Positions 28,021 through 38,804 of a stretch of 64,000 nt of DNA are shown here, one piece after another. The number at the start of each line of letters is the position of its first letter. Positions within the stretch are counted from its first letter, which is position 1. Under the pieces are notes generated by a model. It searched no databases. It had not been told where the DNA came from and saw nothing but the letters and a program-made list of their open reading frames with translations. This stretch comes from a virus (Duplodnaviria; Caudoviricetes): positions 1 to 64,000 of the IMG/VR virus record IMGVR_UViG_3300031867_000006; one strand, written 5' to 3'. The position numbers and the translations under genes were made by a program.

Positions 28021-29259
28021 TTGGAGGTGATTAAAATGGCTAAAGTAAAAAACAATACCATTCAATATAAATATAATATAGTCCTTAAGTATCTCAATAA
28101 TAAGGGTTCTGGAGCATCATCTGTAGATATTAAAACAGAGTCTATTAAGATGCTGACTATAGATTATGACTTTGATGCAGACGATTGCATGCCTGTAATA
28201 TTCGCCAATCTTAATTTAGATAAATCATTTGTAGACCATATGGTAGAGTATGCGAATGATAATTTATTTATGATGGCAATACAGAAATATGATGATCTAT
28301 CAGAGACTAAAGAGAAAATAGAATGCTTTAGGGAGAAGTTCGTCTATTTCTTACCAAATGATGTGAATAAGAATGATCAGATAGATTATAATGAAGACAC
28401 TCAGGAGGAAAACGGTGATAATACATACCAGAATGTAACTATAGGAATGATCTGTCTTAAACATATAAATCTCAATAGGAACTTCAATAAGCCTAAAGTT
28501 GTTAAAAAGAATACTATGTATGAAATAGTACAATCTATACTTAGCAAGCATAATGATATTCTTATTGAACCATTTGACGATAATAAAAAGTTTGACTCTC
28601 TTATCTTACCCGATAAGGACTCTGTTAATAAGGAGCTTGCTGCATTAAATGATTATAGAGTATTCTATGATACTCCATATAGATTCTTTTATGATTTCGA
28701 TTGCGCTTATCTAGTAAGCTCCTCCGGCAAGGCTATTACCAGACAATGTGAAAAATATGGTAATATAATTGTACAGATTAAAGATATAATGTCTGATGAG
28801 GCTAATGACGTTGGATTTACTGTTAATAATGGCGATGGAGTCTATCAGGTTCCAGTAAGCTATGCAGATACACAGATATTTGATAATACAGTCGCTAATA
28901 AATCAAAAAATAATATCACTGGTAAAACATCGGATGGTAAAACAAATAAGAGACTCAATAACCAGGCTTCGTATACCAAGTCTATAACCAGCACAGTCAG
29001 AATCAATAACGAAAATGAAGGCATGCTCGATAACATCAAAGCCGATCAGAATAGTAACAATTTCTTTATATACTTCAGTAAGGCTGCATTAGATATAGAC
29101 TTGTTTACTATAAATAAGAAGATTACTGTTAAGAATATAGATCGCTATAATAAATATGATGGTAAATTCTTATTATATAGAAAACGCGACATGTTTATAC
29201 TGGAAGACAATACATTTAGTCTTATGGAAATGATTAACTTAAGAAGAATAGAGAATTAA
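28021..29259 (+). CDS. Putative virion structural (baseplate hub-like) protein
   Basis: 412-aa ORF (probable start MAKVK after GGAGG); ACA-N6-TAA at 28008; function inferred from context only. Confidence 0.45.
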   Translation: MEVIKMAKVKNNTIQYKYNIVLKYLNNKGSGASSVDIKTESIKMLTIDYDFDADDCMPVIFANLNLDKSFVDHMVEYANDNLFMMAIQKYDDLSETKEKIECFREKFVYFLPNDVNKNDQIDYNEDTQEENGDNTYQNVTIGMICLKHINLNRNFNKPKVVKKNTMYEIVQSILSKHNDILIEPFDDNKKFDSLILPDKDSVNKELAALNDYRVFYDTPYRFFYDFDCAYLVSSSGKAITRQCEKYGNIIVQIKDIMSDEANDVGFTVNNGDGVYQVPVSYADTQIFDNTVANKSKNNITGKTSDGKTNKRLNNQASYTKSITSTVRINNENEGMLDNIKADQNSNNFFIYFSKAALDIDLFTINKKITVKNIDRYNKYDGKFLLYRKRDMFILEDNTFSLMEMINLRRIEN

Positions 29260-29272
29260 ACAAAAAAGAATC

Positions 29273-29292
29273 GGGGTGCTTAATTGCACCCC
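29273..29292. terminator. Hairpin between convergent genes
   Basis: GGGGTGC-TTAATT-GCACCCC with an A-run on the left. Confidence 0.7.
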
Positions 29293-29300
29293 TATATCTT

Positions 29301-29618
29301 TTACGCCTTAAATACTTTCCATGTATGACCCCATGCATAATCACCGTGGCAAGCGTCAAAAGTGATAATATAGCACCGCTCTGCGCGAGAATCAAATAAG
29401 TTGCTATCGTCGATCTCAAAGTGCTCTAATTCTTCAGGTACATAGAGATTTCTTAAGATAGTTTCAAGCTTGCGCTCGATTTCCCAATCCTTATTGTATT
29501 CAATCTCTTCGGAGAACTTGGAATAAGTGTTGTAATCACCAACCGGAATAAAATTGAAAGTTGCTTTCATAATGATACCTCCTTTCTGAAATATACTAGG
29601 CGCTCTTTTAATAACCAC
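29301..29618 (-). CDS. Hypothetical protein, putatively early
   Basis: Likely start at MKATFNF after AGGAGG; putative early promoter 29648-29669. Confidence 0.6.
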   Translation of the reverse strand: MVIKRAPSIFQKGGIIMKATFNFIPVGDYNTYSKFSEEIEYNKDWEIERKLETILRNLYVPEELEHFEIDDSNLFDSRAERCYIITFDACHGDYAWGHTWKVFKA

Positions 29619-29647
29619 TATGGTTAACCTAATATTCTTTGTATCAT

Positions 29648-29669
29648 TACACTATTATATTATACAATT
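29648..29669 (-). promoter_or_regulatory. Putative early promoter (copy 3)
   Basis: AATTGTATAATATAATAGTGTA. Confidence 0.7.
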
Positions 29670-29698
29670 ATAATTCAGAACTTTAACAAAAAGAATAA

Positions 29699-29720
29699 CC
29701 CTAGGGATTTCTCCCTAGGA
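29699..29720. terminator. CCCTAGGG-family hairpin
   Basis: CCCTAGGGATTTCTCCCTAGGA. Confidence 0.7.
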
Positions 29721-29726
29721 TATTTA

Positions 29727-30380
29727 TTATGAAAACGAACCTTGAGTTTCTTTAATCCATTCTAATAATTCCTTATTATCATTATTTGGTATAACTACAT
29801 TACTAATATCCGAATTAAGTACTATAGGTTTCGGCAATAACCAATACTTATCTTTCAGATATTTAAGTGGCTTCATAGGTAATAACATATTTGCATATAT
29901 ATCTAGCCCATTATGTATCGAATTATACATATCAATGCTATCATATATTATTACAAATTTATTATATCCATAGAACGGCTTATTAGTTATTACAATATCT
30001 CCAACACCAACAGAATATCCAATACTATTATCAATATCAGATTCATATCTTAATTCATATACAGGATTATACAGATCTATGTAATATTTATATATCGAAT
30101 TATACCTATAATTATACTCAATTCTAAGTATATATTTTGACTCAACTATATAATCAATTATATAACAGATATTATCCTTTATGAATGGTATCTTACGGAT
30201 ATGAATCTTTGCTTTAAATAAGTCTTCTTTTAAATCTATATCTTTGTCTATAATCGGGTCGATAATATTATATTTATCTAACTTATATTTATCATCCCTA
30301 ACATAATCCAGATCATTATATAAAATATAATTTTTAGATCCAGCCGTATATTTTATATATTCATGCTTTAATACATTCAT
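29727..30380 (-). CDS. Hypothetical I/Y/K/D-rich protein
   Basis: 217-aa ORF, very AT-rich. Confidence 0.6.
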   Translation of the reverse strand: MNVLKHEYIKYTAGSKNYILYNDLDYVRDDKYKLDKYNIIDPIIDKDIDLKEDLFKAKIHIRKIPFIKDNICYIIDYIVESKYILRIEYNYRYNSIYKYYIDLYNPVYELRYESDIDNSIGYSVGVGDIVITNKPFYGYNKFVIIYDSIDMYNSIHNGLDIYANMLLPMKPLKYLKDKYWLLPKPIVLNSDISNVVIPNNDNKELLEWIKETQGSFS

Positions 30381-30382
30381 AT

Positions 30383-30889
30383 TTATTTACCATTCTTCTT
30401 CAAATATTCATTTTCTTTTTCAACAAGTTCCTTTTCAAGAGATTCAACCTTCTTGGCACGATCAGCATCATTTCTACACTCATAAATATCTAAAGCGTAT
30501 TGCCAGTTCCGCTCAGCAAAGTCGCAATAATATTTATAATCCTTATTACCCAAAATTTTTATAGCATCAGCTTTCTTCTCAGGCGTTGTACTGAGAACGC
30601 CTTTCTTAATATGAAATGACACGTAATCTTTATGATTATTCTGTGCTGGCTTAACCTTATTCTTTTTAGGTCCAGATGGTCTACCGACTTTAAATCTAGG
30701 ACCTTCCTGACCGAAATCTGTTACTATTACATTAACTTTACCCTTTTCACTCTTACTAGCCAGTTCTATGGATTCGTATAAAATACCATTGCTTTCGAAT
30801 AATACCATAATTGGCTTCTCTGATACATCGTGAACACATTCTAATAAACTTTCAATACCAACCTTTTCGATATAAACTTCAAATAACAT
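30383..30889 (-). CDS. Hypothetical protein, putatively early
   Basis: 168-aa ORF, AGGAGG RBS, putative early promoter 30925-30946. Confidence 0.65.
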   Translation of the reverse strand: MLFEVYIEKVGIESLLECVHDVSEKPIMVLFESNGILYESIELASKSEKGKVNVIVTDFGQEGPRFKVGRPSGPKKNKVKPAQNNHKDYVSFHIKKGVLSTTPEKKADAIKILGNKDYKYYCDFAERNWQYALDIYECRNDADRAKKVESLEKELVEKENEYLKKNGK

Positions 30890-30924
30890 AAATTTCCTCC
30901 TTATAAGAATATTTGTTTGTTTAT

Positions 30925-30946
30925 TACAATATTATATTATACAATT
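30925..30946 (-). promoter_or_regulatory. Putative early promoter (copy 4)
   Basis: AATTGTATAATATAATATTGTA. Confidence 0.7.
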
Positions 30947-30960
30947 AATTCATAAATTAA

Positions 30961-30982
30961 CCCTAGGGATTTCTCCCTAGGG
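30961..30982. terminator. CCCTAGGG-family hairpin
   Basis: CCCTAGGGATTTCTCCCTAGGG directly after the stop of 30995-33691. Confidence 0.75.
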
Positions 30983-30994
30983 TATTTATTATGA

Positions 30995-33691
30995 TTATTT
31001 ATTACGTCTAAAGATTCCACGTTTTTTAGGCTGCTCCTGTTGCTGTTGTCCGCCCTGATCATTATTCTCAGGCTGAGCATTTACATTACCCTCAGCGTTT
31101 CCTTCAGCAGGTTGCTGCTGTTGTTCACCACCTTGATTCTGACCTTTCTGATAATTACCGGCATCCTGTTTAGTTGCACGATTATCTTTATTATCATTAA
31201 GATCTTTACCGCCATATGATCTAACATGGGCTCTAATAAGATCCATATAATCAGTAGCAATACGTTCGCATGCGGTAAGTTTAGAAGCTATAAGTGATCT
31301 ATTAATATTCTGCCACTTATTCATAACTTCAGTAACCTGCTTAACAGCCTCTTCTTCAGACATACCATCGGCTACTTTTACAGTATCCTTATTGTATTTA
31401 TCGGTATTATCTTTATCTCCGCCAATATTATTAGTAGAAGTCATCTGGCTTACAGCGTTAGTATTCTGCTTATTAGGATCTCTACCATCCTGATTACCAG
31501 ATATAGTAGCTTGAGTCTTTTCTTTCTCTGCTACTTTATCTTGACCAGTTATATTAACTCCGCCATTTGCTTCAAGCATAGCAGATTCTCCAGTAGCCTG
31601 CTGCTGTTTACCGCCTTGATTATTGTTCTGATTCTGACCAGTCTGCTGATTTGCAGTACTATTAGGGGTATTATTAGGTTGAGCATTCTTACTAGCTCTA
31701 ATAGCATTAGTAATAGCTTGCTCAATCTGAGCTGTAGACTTCTCAAGATTATTAATATCTTTATTAGTAATATTCTTGATGTCTTCAAAGTTATAGCAGA
31801 AATTATACATCTTTCTGAACTCTAACTGATTGAATGTACCCTCAGATTTACCCCTGTCAGCAGCGATGAAGAAATCCTTAAACTGTTCTGCTAAGGTTCT
31901 ATCATCTTCATACTTAAACTCACCTTGGCCATTTGCTTTCATAATCTGTTCAGTAGCAGCACCAACACCTTCCTGGTTGAGTGTTTCTTTGTAAGCATCA
32001 TAATTAAATGCCGGAACCTCTGTATTCATAAGTCGCTGAATACCAGTCTCATAATCGCCAGTATAAGAGTATTTAAGATCCTCTTTAGGTTTCTTATTGA
32101 GAATTATATCCTTATATTTCTCAAGATAAGCTTTATTATCGAGCAAAATATTACTCATGCTCTCTAAGAACCTAGCAATCAGCCCTTTAGCGAACTCGAT
32201 GAGTTTATTCCATTTAGCTTTGATATTATCAGAAGCCTTAGCCTCAAGCATAACAGACTCTTTAACAGTAATCATACCGCCGAGAGACTGTATAAGTTTG
32301 CTCTCATTAGCAATCTTATTATTAAGATACTCATTATATGCTGATTCACTCATATAAATGCTAGATCCAAATCCAGAGCCTATAAATGATTCATCAGATA
32401 TAGCATACTTAGGCTTTTCTACAGCAGTCTCCTCAGATGTAGTATCATCAGGGTTATCAACCACAGTAGGATTACCGCCGAAAGGAATAACGTCTTCCGA
32501 ACCTTCGAATATATTAAGGTATTTATTAACCTCTTCCTGATACTCTGCAGATTCTCTCTTGCTATCAGGGCGATAGATCTTACCAAGAGCTCCATAAAGA
32601 GTAGCACGGTCCTGCTTATAGCAATCTTTTACAGCATCAAGCTTAGCCGAGAAAGCCATAGCGTGGATATTAGAGAACTCTTGAATCTGCTCACATTTAT
32701 TTTTGATATATACATCAAGCTGATATAAAAACTCACTAGAGATTCCAACGCCCTTAAGCTCGGAATTATCGATCCTTGTTTTATCAGGCTCAGGGAATTT
32801 CTTAACCAACTCTTCAGGAGTAAGAGCTCCGCCTCTAGAAGTAATATCTTTAATATTCTTCTCAAGATGGCGATACGCATCATCAAGCCTCTTCATTTGA
32901 GCTTCGATATCTTTCTTTGTTTTAGCAAAGTCGAAATATCTGTTCTTTGCGATACGTACATAGCTTGCATCTACAGTAATTTCATCTGTATCGATTTCGC
33001 CATTGCGATAAATACGGAAGAGCTCTTCATTATACTGAGCTGATGTGATTACGTCTGTAAATCCAAGCAGTGTGGCTCTGAATTTATCATATTCTGCTTC
33101 ACGATCTAATCTCCCGATTGCTGCTTTAACCTGTTCAGCGCCGATAGCACCATTAGCATCACCGATAAGATCTTTAACAAGATCATTAGACCAGTCTAAT
33201 CCAGCATTGGGATCGGGTATGTTGGGAGAGAATGTAAATTCATATCCAGTGATTTTAAACTCGTCTGCATCTTTGAACTTATCTAAGTCTTTTTTATGCT
33301 TAGCGATATATTTATCATTGTTAACGAAGCTATTGAGTGCGTTAACGAATCTCTGATAAATAGATTTAATCCATTTAAGGAATTTCTCTATAATATCGCG
33401 GACTTTAGCGAAGAAATCACTAAAGCTTTCCAGAACAACTACATCGCTAGTAGATTCAGAGATAGCTTTATAGAGAGTCAACTTACTCTCAGTAAGATCT
33501 CTAATCTGTTCATTAACGAAATCTACTGTTCTTAGATAGTATGATTCTTCCATATCCATAGTAGTTAATTTATTAATATCTACTATAGAAGGCTGAATCT
33601 CATCATCCATAAACATTAGATCGAATGTGGAATTCGCTAATGTATTAGTAGGAATCATCGTATCCATATGGTTTACCTCCTTAATTTTCAT
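30995..33691 (-). CDS. Putative internal head protein with two tandem paralogous domains
   Basis: VLESFSDFF..KWIKSIYQRF..NDKYIAKHK and MLEAKAS..KGLIARFL..NKAYLEKYK; Q/N-rich linkers; ACA-N6-TAA at 33735. Confidence 0.55.
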   Translation of the reverse strand: MKIKEVNHMDTMIPTNTLANSTFDLMFMDDEIQPSIVDINKLTTMDMEESYYLRTVDFVNEQIRDLTESKLTLYKAISESTSDVVVLESFSDFFAKVRDIIEKFLKWIKSIYQRFVNALNSFVNNDKYIAKHKKDLDKFKDADEFKITGYEFTFSPNIPDPNAGLDWSNDLVKDLIGDANGAIGAEQVKAAIGRLDREAEYDKFRATLLGFTDVITSAQYNEELFRIYRNGEIDTDEITVDASYVRIAKNRYFDFAKTKKDIEAQMKRLDDAYRHLEKNIKDITSRGGALTPEELVKKFPEPDKTRIDNSELKGVGISSEFLYQLDVYIKNKCEQIQEFSNIHAMAFSAKLDAVKDCYKQDRATLYGALGKIYRPDSKRESAEYQEEVNKYLNIFEGSEDVIPFGGNPTVVDNPDDTTSEETAVEKPKYAISDESFIGSGFGSSIYMSESAYNEYLNNKIANESKLIQSLGGMITVKESVMLEAKASDNIKAKWNKLIEFAKGLIARFLESMSNILLDNKAYLEKYKDIILNKKPKEDLKYSYTGDYETGIQRLMNTEVPAFNYDAYKETLNQEGVGAATEQIMKANGQGEFKYEDDRTLAEQFKDFFIAADRGKSEGTFNQLEFRKMYNFCYNFEDIKNITNKDINNLEKSTAQIEQAITNAIRASKNAQPNNTPNSTANQQTGQNQNNNQGGKQQQATGESAMLEANGGVNITGQDKVAEKEKTQATISGNQDGRDPNKQNTNAVSQMTSTNNIGGDKDNTDKYNKDTVKVADGMSEEEAVKQVTEVMNKWQNINRSLIASKLTACERIATDYMDLIRAHVRSYGGKDLNDNKDNRATKQDAGNYQKGQNQGGEQQQQPAEGNAEGNVNAQPENNDQGGQQQQEQPKKRGIFRRNK

Positions 33692-33771
33692 TAAAGAATA
33701 TTACAATTTATTGCCTTACAGCTAATAGTATCAATTATTTAAATGTCTTAACTCTAAAGCAATAAATGCAA

Positions 33772-33795
33772 GGCTACGCTATTACTAGCGTAGCC
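33772..33795. terminator. Intergenic hairpin terminator
   Basis: GGCTACGCTA-TTAC-TAGCGTAGCC. Confidence 0.7.
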
Positions 33796-33851
33796 CTACA
33801 CTAAGTCTTATTTAAAACTGTTTATTGTATCCAGTTTGGTGCTTGGATAAA

Positions 33852-34889
33852 TTATGCGAAGTCAACCATATCGAAGATGTTAGTAGACTCGCTGACTGTA
33901 GCAGCCTCTTCCTTCTTCTTGTATGACATAACCTTTACGCAGATAGCCTTAGCCTGGCGATTAGCTTCTTTATGAGCGTTCGTAAGAGCGCCAAATGCAA
34001 CAGTAAGATCGTTAGAGTATGCCTTCCAAATCTTAATAGAGTTATTAACATGCTTCTGTACATTATCTGCCTTGCCGGAAAGCTTGTCGTCAGCCTCCAT
34101 AGCTTTAGCTGTAACACCCTTATTGTACTCTGAAGCAACCTTATCAAGAGCCTTGATATATTCATCGATCTTCTTAATAATATCCTTTTCCTGCTTTTCA
34201 ACGGTCTTAATAGAATCTTTAGTGCCCTTGATAGTTGTAAGAGCTGTACGTACATCAGCAGAAGAAACTTCGAAAGATTCCTTATCGCCGTAAAGCTCTT
34301 CTTTCAGTGCATCACGGAACTCAGACTCATCCATGCGACCTTTATTTGCTCCGATGATAGCACCACGCCTGGATTCAATTGAAGCATCAATATCTTCATT
34401 AGATCTCTTATCTTCATCTTCATCAGCTGTCGGATTAGTAGGAACATGAACATCTTTAATGCTGAATGTTACATTCATAAGCTTCTTGTAGCCGTTGAAC
34501 TCAAAGTCCTTAAGATTGCCAGCGTTACGAAGAATATCCTTCTCGTACTTCTTAATGAAGTCCTTATCTTTCATGGTGAAAGATCCGATAGTAGCAACAA
34601 ACTTCTTGAAGATAGACTTAATCTTCTCAATAACCTTCTGGAAGAAAGCTTTAACCTTCTCAATGAAGCCCTTGAATGCACCAGCCTCCTGAACAAAGAG
34701 GGAAGCATGATTCTCATTGTAGTACTTCAGCTCAGAGATGCCAACTGCACGCATAAGAGAATTGTAGTTGCACTCGTTCTCCCAAACATGCATAAGAGCT
34801 CCGCCGATACCCAGATCGTACTGACTCTCGCTTACTCCTTCAAGGCTGTAAAGTGCAGAATTCGACTCAAAATTTGTATCGAAAATCAT
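33852..34889 (-). CDS. Putative internal head protein (paralog family)
   Basis: MIFD..F, GGAL, VQEAG..KIKSIFKKF...KDKDFIKKYE; strong highly-expressed codon bias. Confidence 0.55.
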   Translation of the reverse strand: MIFDTNFESNSALYSLEGVSESQYDLGIGGALMHVWENECNYNSLMRAVGISELKYYNENHASLFVQEAGAFKGFIEKVKAFFQKVIEKIKSIFKKFVATIGSFTMKDKDFIKKYEKDILRNAGNLKDFEFNGYKKLMNVTFSIKDVHVPTNPTADEDEDKRSNEDIDASIESRRGAIIGANKGRMDESEFRDALKEELYGDKESFEVSSADVRTALTTIKGTKDSIKTVEKQEKDIIKKIDEYIKALDKVASEYNKGVTAKAMEADDKLSGKADNVQKHVNNSIKIWKAYSNDLTVAFGALTNAHKEANRQAKAICVKVMSYKKKEEAATVSESTNIFDMVDFA

Positions 34890-34910
34890 ATCTATTTACC
34901 TCCTTAAATA

Positions 34911-36110
34911 TTAATAGAACAACTCGCCAAAGAATGCAGACTCTTTGCCGTTGTAATCGGTGTCAACGGTACCGTCAACCTTATCCTTCTCGTACTTCTC
35001 AACCTGACCCTTCTTCTCACCCTTAGCATAGTCAGCTACGTTCTTATCAGGATCGTCAGAAACATCACCGTCTTTAACGTTCTCACTAGCTACGGAAGAA
35101 GCTCCGATATCAGTAGCGTCAGCATTGGAATCGATAGCGCCCTGGATGACATCCTCAACTTCCTGCTCTGCAGCCTCAGCTACAGCATCAAGGAATTCAA
35201 CCTGCTCCTCAAGCTTCTTATCGTTAGCAGCAACCGCCTTCATGAATGCAGCTTTATTCTGCTTATATTCCGCTTTCGTCTTCTCTCCAACAACCTGGAA
35301 ATACTTAAGTGAAGCGGTCTGGAATGCAGATGCCATATCATAAGCCTTATTAGCCTCATCAATCTTGCTCTGTTCTGCACCAGATTTAGCAAGATCATTA
35401 GCCTTCTTATCAGCATCCTTAACAGCCTTATCACAAGCCTTGATAGCGTCCTTCTCTTTCTTTTCGGCATCCTTCGTATTCTTAGCAGAATCCTTGAGGA
35501 AGTTAATAACTCCACGAATACCGTTAACCTCAGAAAGCTTTACGGTTTCCTCATCATCAAGGAATGCGTCAAGGTTGGCATCCTCAAGTGAGCAGCTCAG
35601 GAAGTGCTCAACTCTCTTATCAGACTCAGAATCCCAGCCGTTAGCTGTTCCGCAGTCGCCTTCGTTTGTAAGACTGAAACCGCCTTTAGCCTTGCGCCAC
35701 TTAACCTCGAGTTTATCGATGTTAGTCTTGCGAAGAACCTCCGCCTCATATTTCTTGATAAGTTCCTTATCCTTCATATAAAGACCATTGATCTTGCTCA
35801 TGAAGTTATGGAAGATAGCCTTGATCTTTGCGATAAGCTTCTCAAAGAGAGACTTGATCTTAGCCCAAATACCCTTAACGGAAGCTTCCTGAAGTGCCTG
35901 CATTTCGCCTTCACGAACAACGCCGTTAGCAGATTCATTGATCTTGCATGCAGCAGCTTCAACTCTGATCATTGCGTTGAACATCTTAAAATCATTGCGT
36001 GCGCCCTCTACCAATGCAAGAGCAGCACCGTATGAATTGTTATAACTTTCGTCCATCGGAATAGCAGATGCGCCACCATTCAGACTTGTGAAATCATTAT
36101 CAAAAATCAT
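34911..36110 (-). CDS. Putative internal head protein (paralog family)
   Basis: MIFD..F, GAAL, LQEAS..KIKAIFHNF...KDKELIKKYE; ACA-N6-TAA at 36201. Confidence 0.55.
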   Translation of the reverse strand: MIFDNDFTSLNGGASAIPMDESYNNSYGAALALVEGARNDFKMFNAMIRVEAAACKINESANGVVREGEMQALQEASVKGIWAKIKSLFEKLIAKIKAIFHNFMSKINGLYMKDKELIKKYEAEVLRKTNIDKLEVKWRKAKGGFSLTNEGDCGTANGWDSESDKRVEHFLSCSLEDANLDAFLDDEETVKLSEVNGIRGVINFLKDSAKNTKDAEKKEKDAIKACDKAVKDADKKANDLAKSGAEQSKIDEANKAYDMASAFQTASLKYFQVVGEKTKAEYKQNKAAFMKAVAANDKKLEEQVEFLDAVAEAAEQEVEDVIQGAIDSNADATDIGASSVASENVKDGDVSDDPDKNVADYAKGEKKGQVEKYEKDKVDGTVDTDYNGKESAFFGELFY

Positions 36111-36220
36111 ACTGAATTTACCTCCTTATAATTTTTAGAGTTTTTCTCTTTTTATAAACAGATTTTTATAAGGAATCAAAGGCAGTTGTTCCTTACAAAT
36201 TTACATATATGTTATAGAAC

Positions 36221-37357
36221 CTAAAAGAGAATAGAGTTTGCTGAATCAGGGATGGAGTCAAGAACTTCATCCTGTTTATATTTCTTAGAGTCAAGCTTTT
36301 TGATTTCACTCTCAGCTTTCTTCTCGCCAGTTCTAGTTTCAACCTTAATACCATTGGAGATCTTCTTAAAGAAATCAGCAACCTTACGCTGCTTCTTAGC
36401 AACCTCTTTTTTGTCTTTAATGTCTTTTGCAAGGTTATTCTCTATATTATATGCGTTCATCTGCAACAATGTAGCCTGCGCATCAAAGTAGTTGGCTACC
36501 TTGCTGCGGCTATAATAAAAGAAAAATATTAATTCTCGGATAATAGGAATAATCAGTAATATTAATCCAAGCGATACTGCAATGCTACTTGCGGTAAACG
36601 CCACCCCATATCCAACAAAGTTCTTAGATCCTTTAGCAGCATTCTGTTGCATAACAAAATCCATAGCCTTATCGAATTCACCGGAGGCACAGATCTTATT
36701 GAACTTTGCCAGATCTCTGAATAACAGATTATCCTTAGTCTTAGCAAGTCCTGCTCTATCTACTGCAATTTCAAATCCTTCATCGTCAGGAGCTTTAATG
36801 AATTCAATACAACTACTAATCATAAAGGATACAGAGCTAACTATAGAAAGAGCTATTGTATTGTAGATGATGATGGGCATCTGCACATTCAAAGCATAAG
36901 CTTTTTCGAACATGTCCTTACGATCAATCAGATTCTGAAGACTTAAGCTTACCGTGTTAATGCTATCCAACGGCTGGTTATAGTTCTGCAGAATGTCGGT
37001 AATGATATTAATGCAATCTACCAGTTTGTCGTAACTGTCGATCTTAGTTATATCACCTCTAGACATAGGAATCGTGCCGAAATCTATGTCATCCACCTTA
37101 TCTACAATGTGCTTGTACAGCTTATTAGATAACGAAGTCATCACCACATTTTGATCGTTTTCATTTACAGTCAATAACACCTTCCGTGTCATCTCATCTT
37201 CCACAGAAAAGTATTTCATCGCCTCATTAAACTGACGGGATCTGTATATGGAATCGTAGTCAATATCATCCCTAGTGGTAGAGGCTTCGTCAAGCATATA
37301 GCCTGTAAAGTCAACAGCTTCTTCAGCTACCTGTTTAGGTTCATATGTAGTAACCAT
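36221..37357 (-). CDS. Putative virion protein with a hydrophobic segment
   Basis: GVAFTASSIAVSLGLILLIIPIIRELIFFFYY. Confidence 0.5.
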   Translation of the reverse strand: MVTTYEPKQVAEEAVDFTGYMLDEASTTRDDIDYDSIYRSRQFNEAMKYFSVEDEMTRKVLLTVNENDQNVVMTSLSNKLYKHIVDKVDDIDFGTIPMSRGDITKIDSYDKLVDCINIITDILQNYNQPLDSINTVSLSLQNLIDRKDMFEKAYALNVQMPIIIYNTIALSIVSSVSFMISSCIEFIKAPDDEGFEIAVDRAGLAKTKDNLLFRDLAKFNKICASGEFDKAMDFVMQQNAAKGSKNFVGYGVAFTASSIAVSLGLILLIIPIIRELIFFFYYSRSKVANYFDAQATLLQMNAYNIENNLAKDIKDKKEVAKKQRKVADFFKKISNGIKVETRTGEKKAESEIKKLDSKKYKQDEVLDSIPDSANSILF

Positions 37358-37379
37358 TGCTCAGTGATCCTCCTTTCCA

Positions 37380-38693
37380 CTATCGATTTATCTTACTCAT
37401 TAAGTTAACAACTTTCTTATATGAGGAGTCCTTAGCCTCCTTCTCAAGTGCATCATAAGTGATGGTCTCGTAAGTACTGTCACCATCATCAAATAAGAAT
37501 TTAGCGATCTCAAGTGTTTCATCGCAAATAACAATATCCATAAGATTAAATTTATCCAGAATTGATCTGGTTACATGGCTCTTGTCCATATCAACGTCGT
37601 TATATTTCTTAAGATATTCAACCTCATCCTGAGACATCACAAGTGATGTAATGGGTGAAGCATCATTTCTCTTAAGCAGCGTCATGAATTTGTTCATAGT
37701 GGCTCTTCTTTCAAGAACCTTGAACATCTTCGCATTATTCGAATCACTAGCCATGTTGATGGCGTCAATCTTAGCTTTATCGATTGCAAATGCTAAATCC
37801 TTGAAGAATGAAATCTCTCTTGTTGATGCTCTCACAAGGTTAAATAAACTGTTCGAGTCCTTATATTTAGATACCACCCTATTTATAATTTCCATTGACT
37901 CTACTAAGTACATTTTTGCCTTGATACCAACAACTGCCATCTGATTGATAGCGTTACCATCCTTCGTGTAGATGAAGTTAATCTGCATCATAGTGGGCAT
38001 AAGTTCATTAGCCTTATCAAGCTGAGGCTGTGTCAATTGCTGCTTCAGGAAATCTGAAGTATCTTTATTGTATCTGGCATGATCTGTACCAAACCTAGTC
38101 GGCACAGTGCCCCTCGTATGCATAGGCATTCTCACACCCATGGGGGCTTCCGTCATAAGTTCTACGCTGGATTCACCATAAGCATTCTTGGTAATCTTAA
38201 AATCGTTAATTGAAGTCTCGTTATATACCTCATCGAGATAAAAGTTAAGATTCTTCATATCCTCTTTAACTATCTCGAAGGCATCACGATCTGTAATAGT
38301 AATTCCAGACTCCAATGCATCGATCTTATCCAGTGCATCAATTAGATCACTTAATCCATATCCCTTACGGAGATCCAGATTATTATGGAACTGGCTAATA
38401 TAGCCATCCAATGTATCTTTATCAGAAAACTGTATAGAATTGAATAAAAGCTGCATAAGTGAAGCACACTTACGTTCAACGGCTTTATTAACAATCATAG
38501 CAGTCTGATAACTAATTGAATCCGATACTAATACCGGAAATACCAAAACCAGATTGGAAGCTCGGCGAGCTATAGATCCAGTACTATTTCTTTTATTGAT
38601 CCAATCAACCTGGTCAAAATCTTTGACGCTAGTAATAACGTCATAAATGTCTCGCACAATCGTTTCGTGCAGTCTTTGACACTCGTTCATCAC
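37380..38693 (-). CDS. Putative virion structural protein
   Basis: 437-aa ORF; ACA-N6-TAA at 38716; context only. Confidence 0.5.
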   Translation of the reverse strand: MMNECQRLHETIVRDIYDVITSVKDFDQVDWINKRNSTGSIARRASNLVLVFPVLVSDSISYQTAMIVNKAVERKCASLMQLLFNSIQFSDKDTLDGYISQFHNNLDLRKGYGLSDLIDALDKIDALESGITITDRDAFEIVKEDMKNLNFYLDEVYNETSINDFKITKNAYGESSVELMTEAPMGVRMPMHTRGTVPTRFGTDHARYNKDTSDFLKQQLTQPQLDKANELMPTMMQINFIYTKDGNAINQMAVVGIKAKMYLVESMEIINRVVSKYKDSNSLFNLVRASTREISFFKDLAFAIDKAKIDAINMASDSNNAKMFKVLERRATMNKFMTLLKRNDASPITSLVMSQDEVEYLKKYNDVDMDKSHVTRSILDKFNLMDIVICDETLEIAKFLFDDGDSTYETITYDALEKEAKDSSYKKVVNLMSKINR

Positions 38694-38804
38694 GTAACCT
38701 CCTTCTGGTTAGACTTTAATAATATGTTTAATCGCAAAAAATAATAAAGTTATATAATTTATCTTATTTTTAAGCCAAAAAATAAAGAGACGAATAAAGA
38801 ACTT

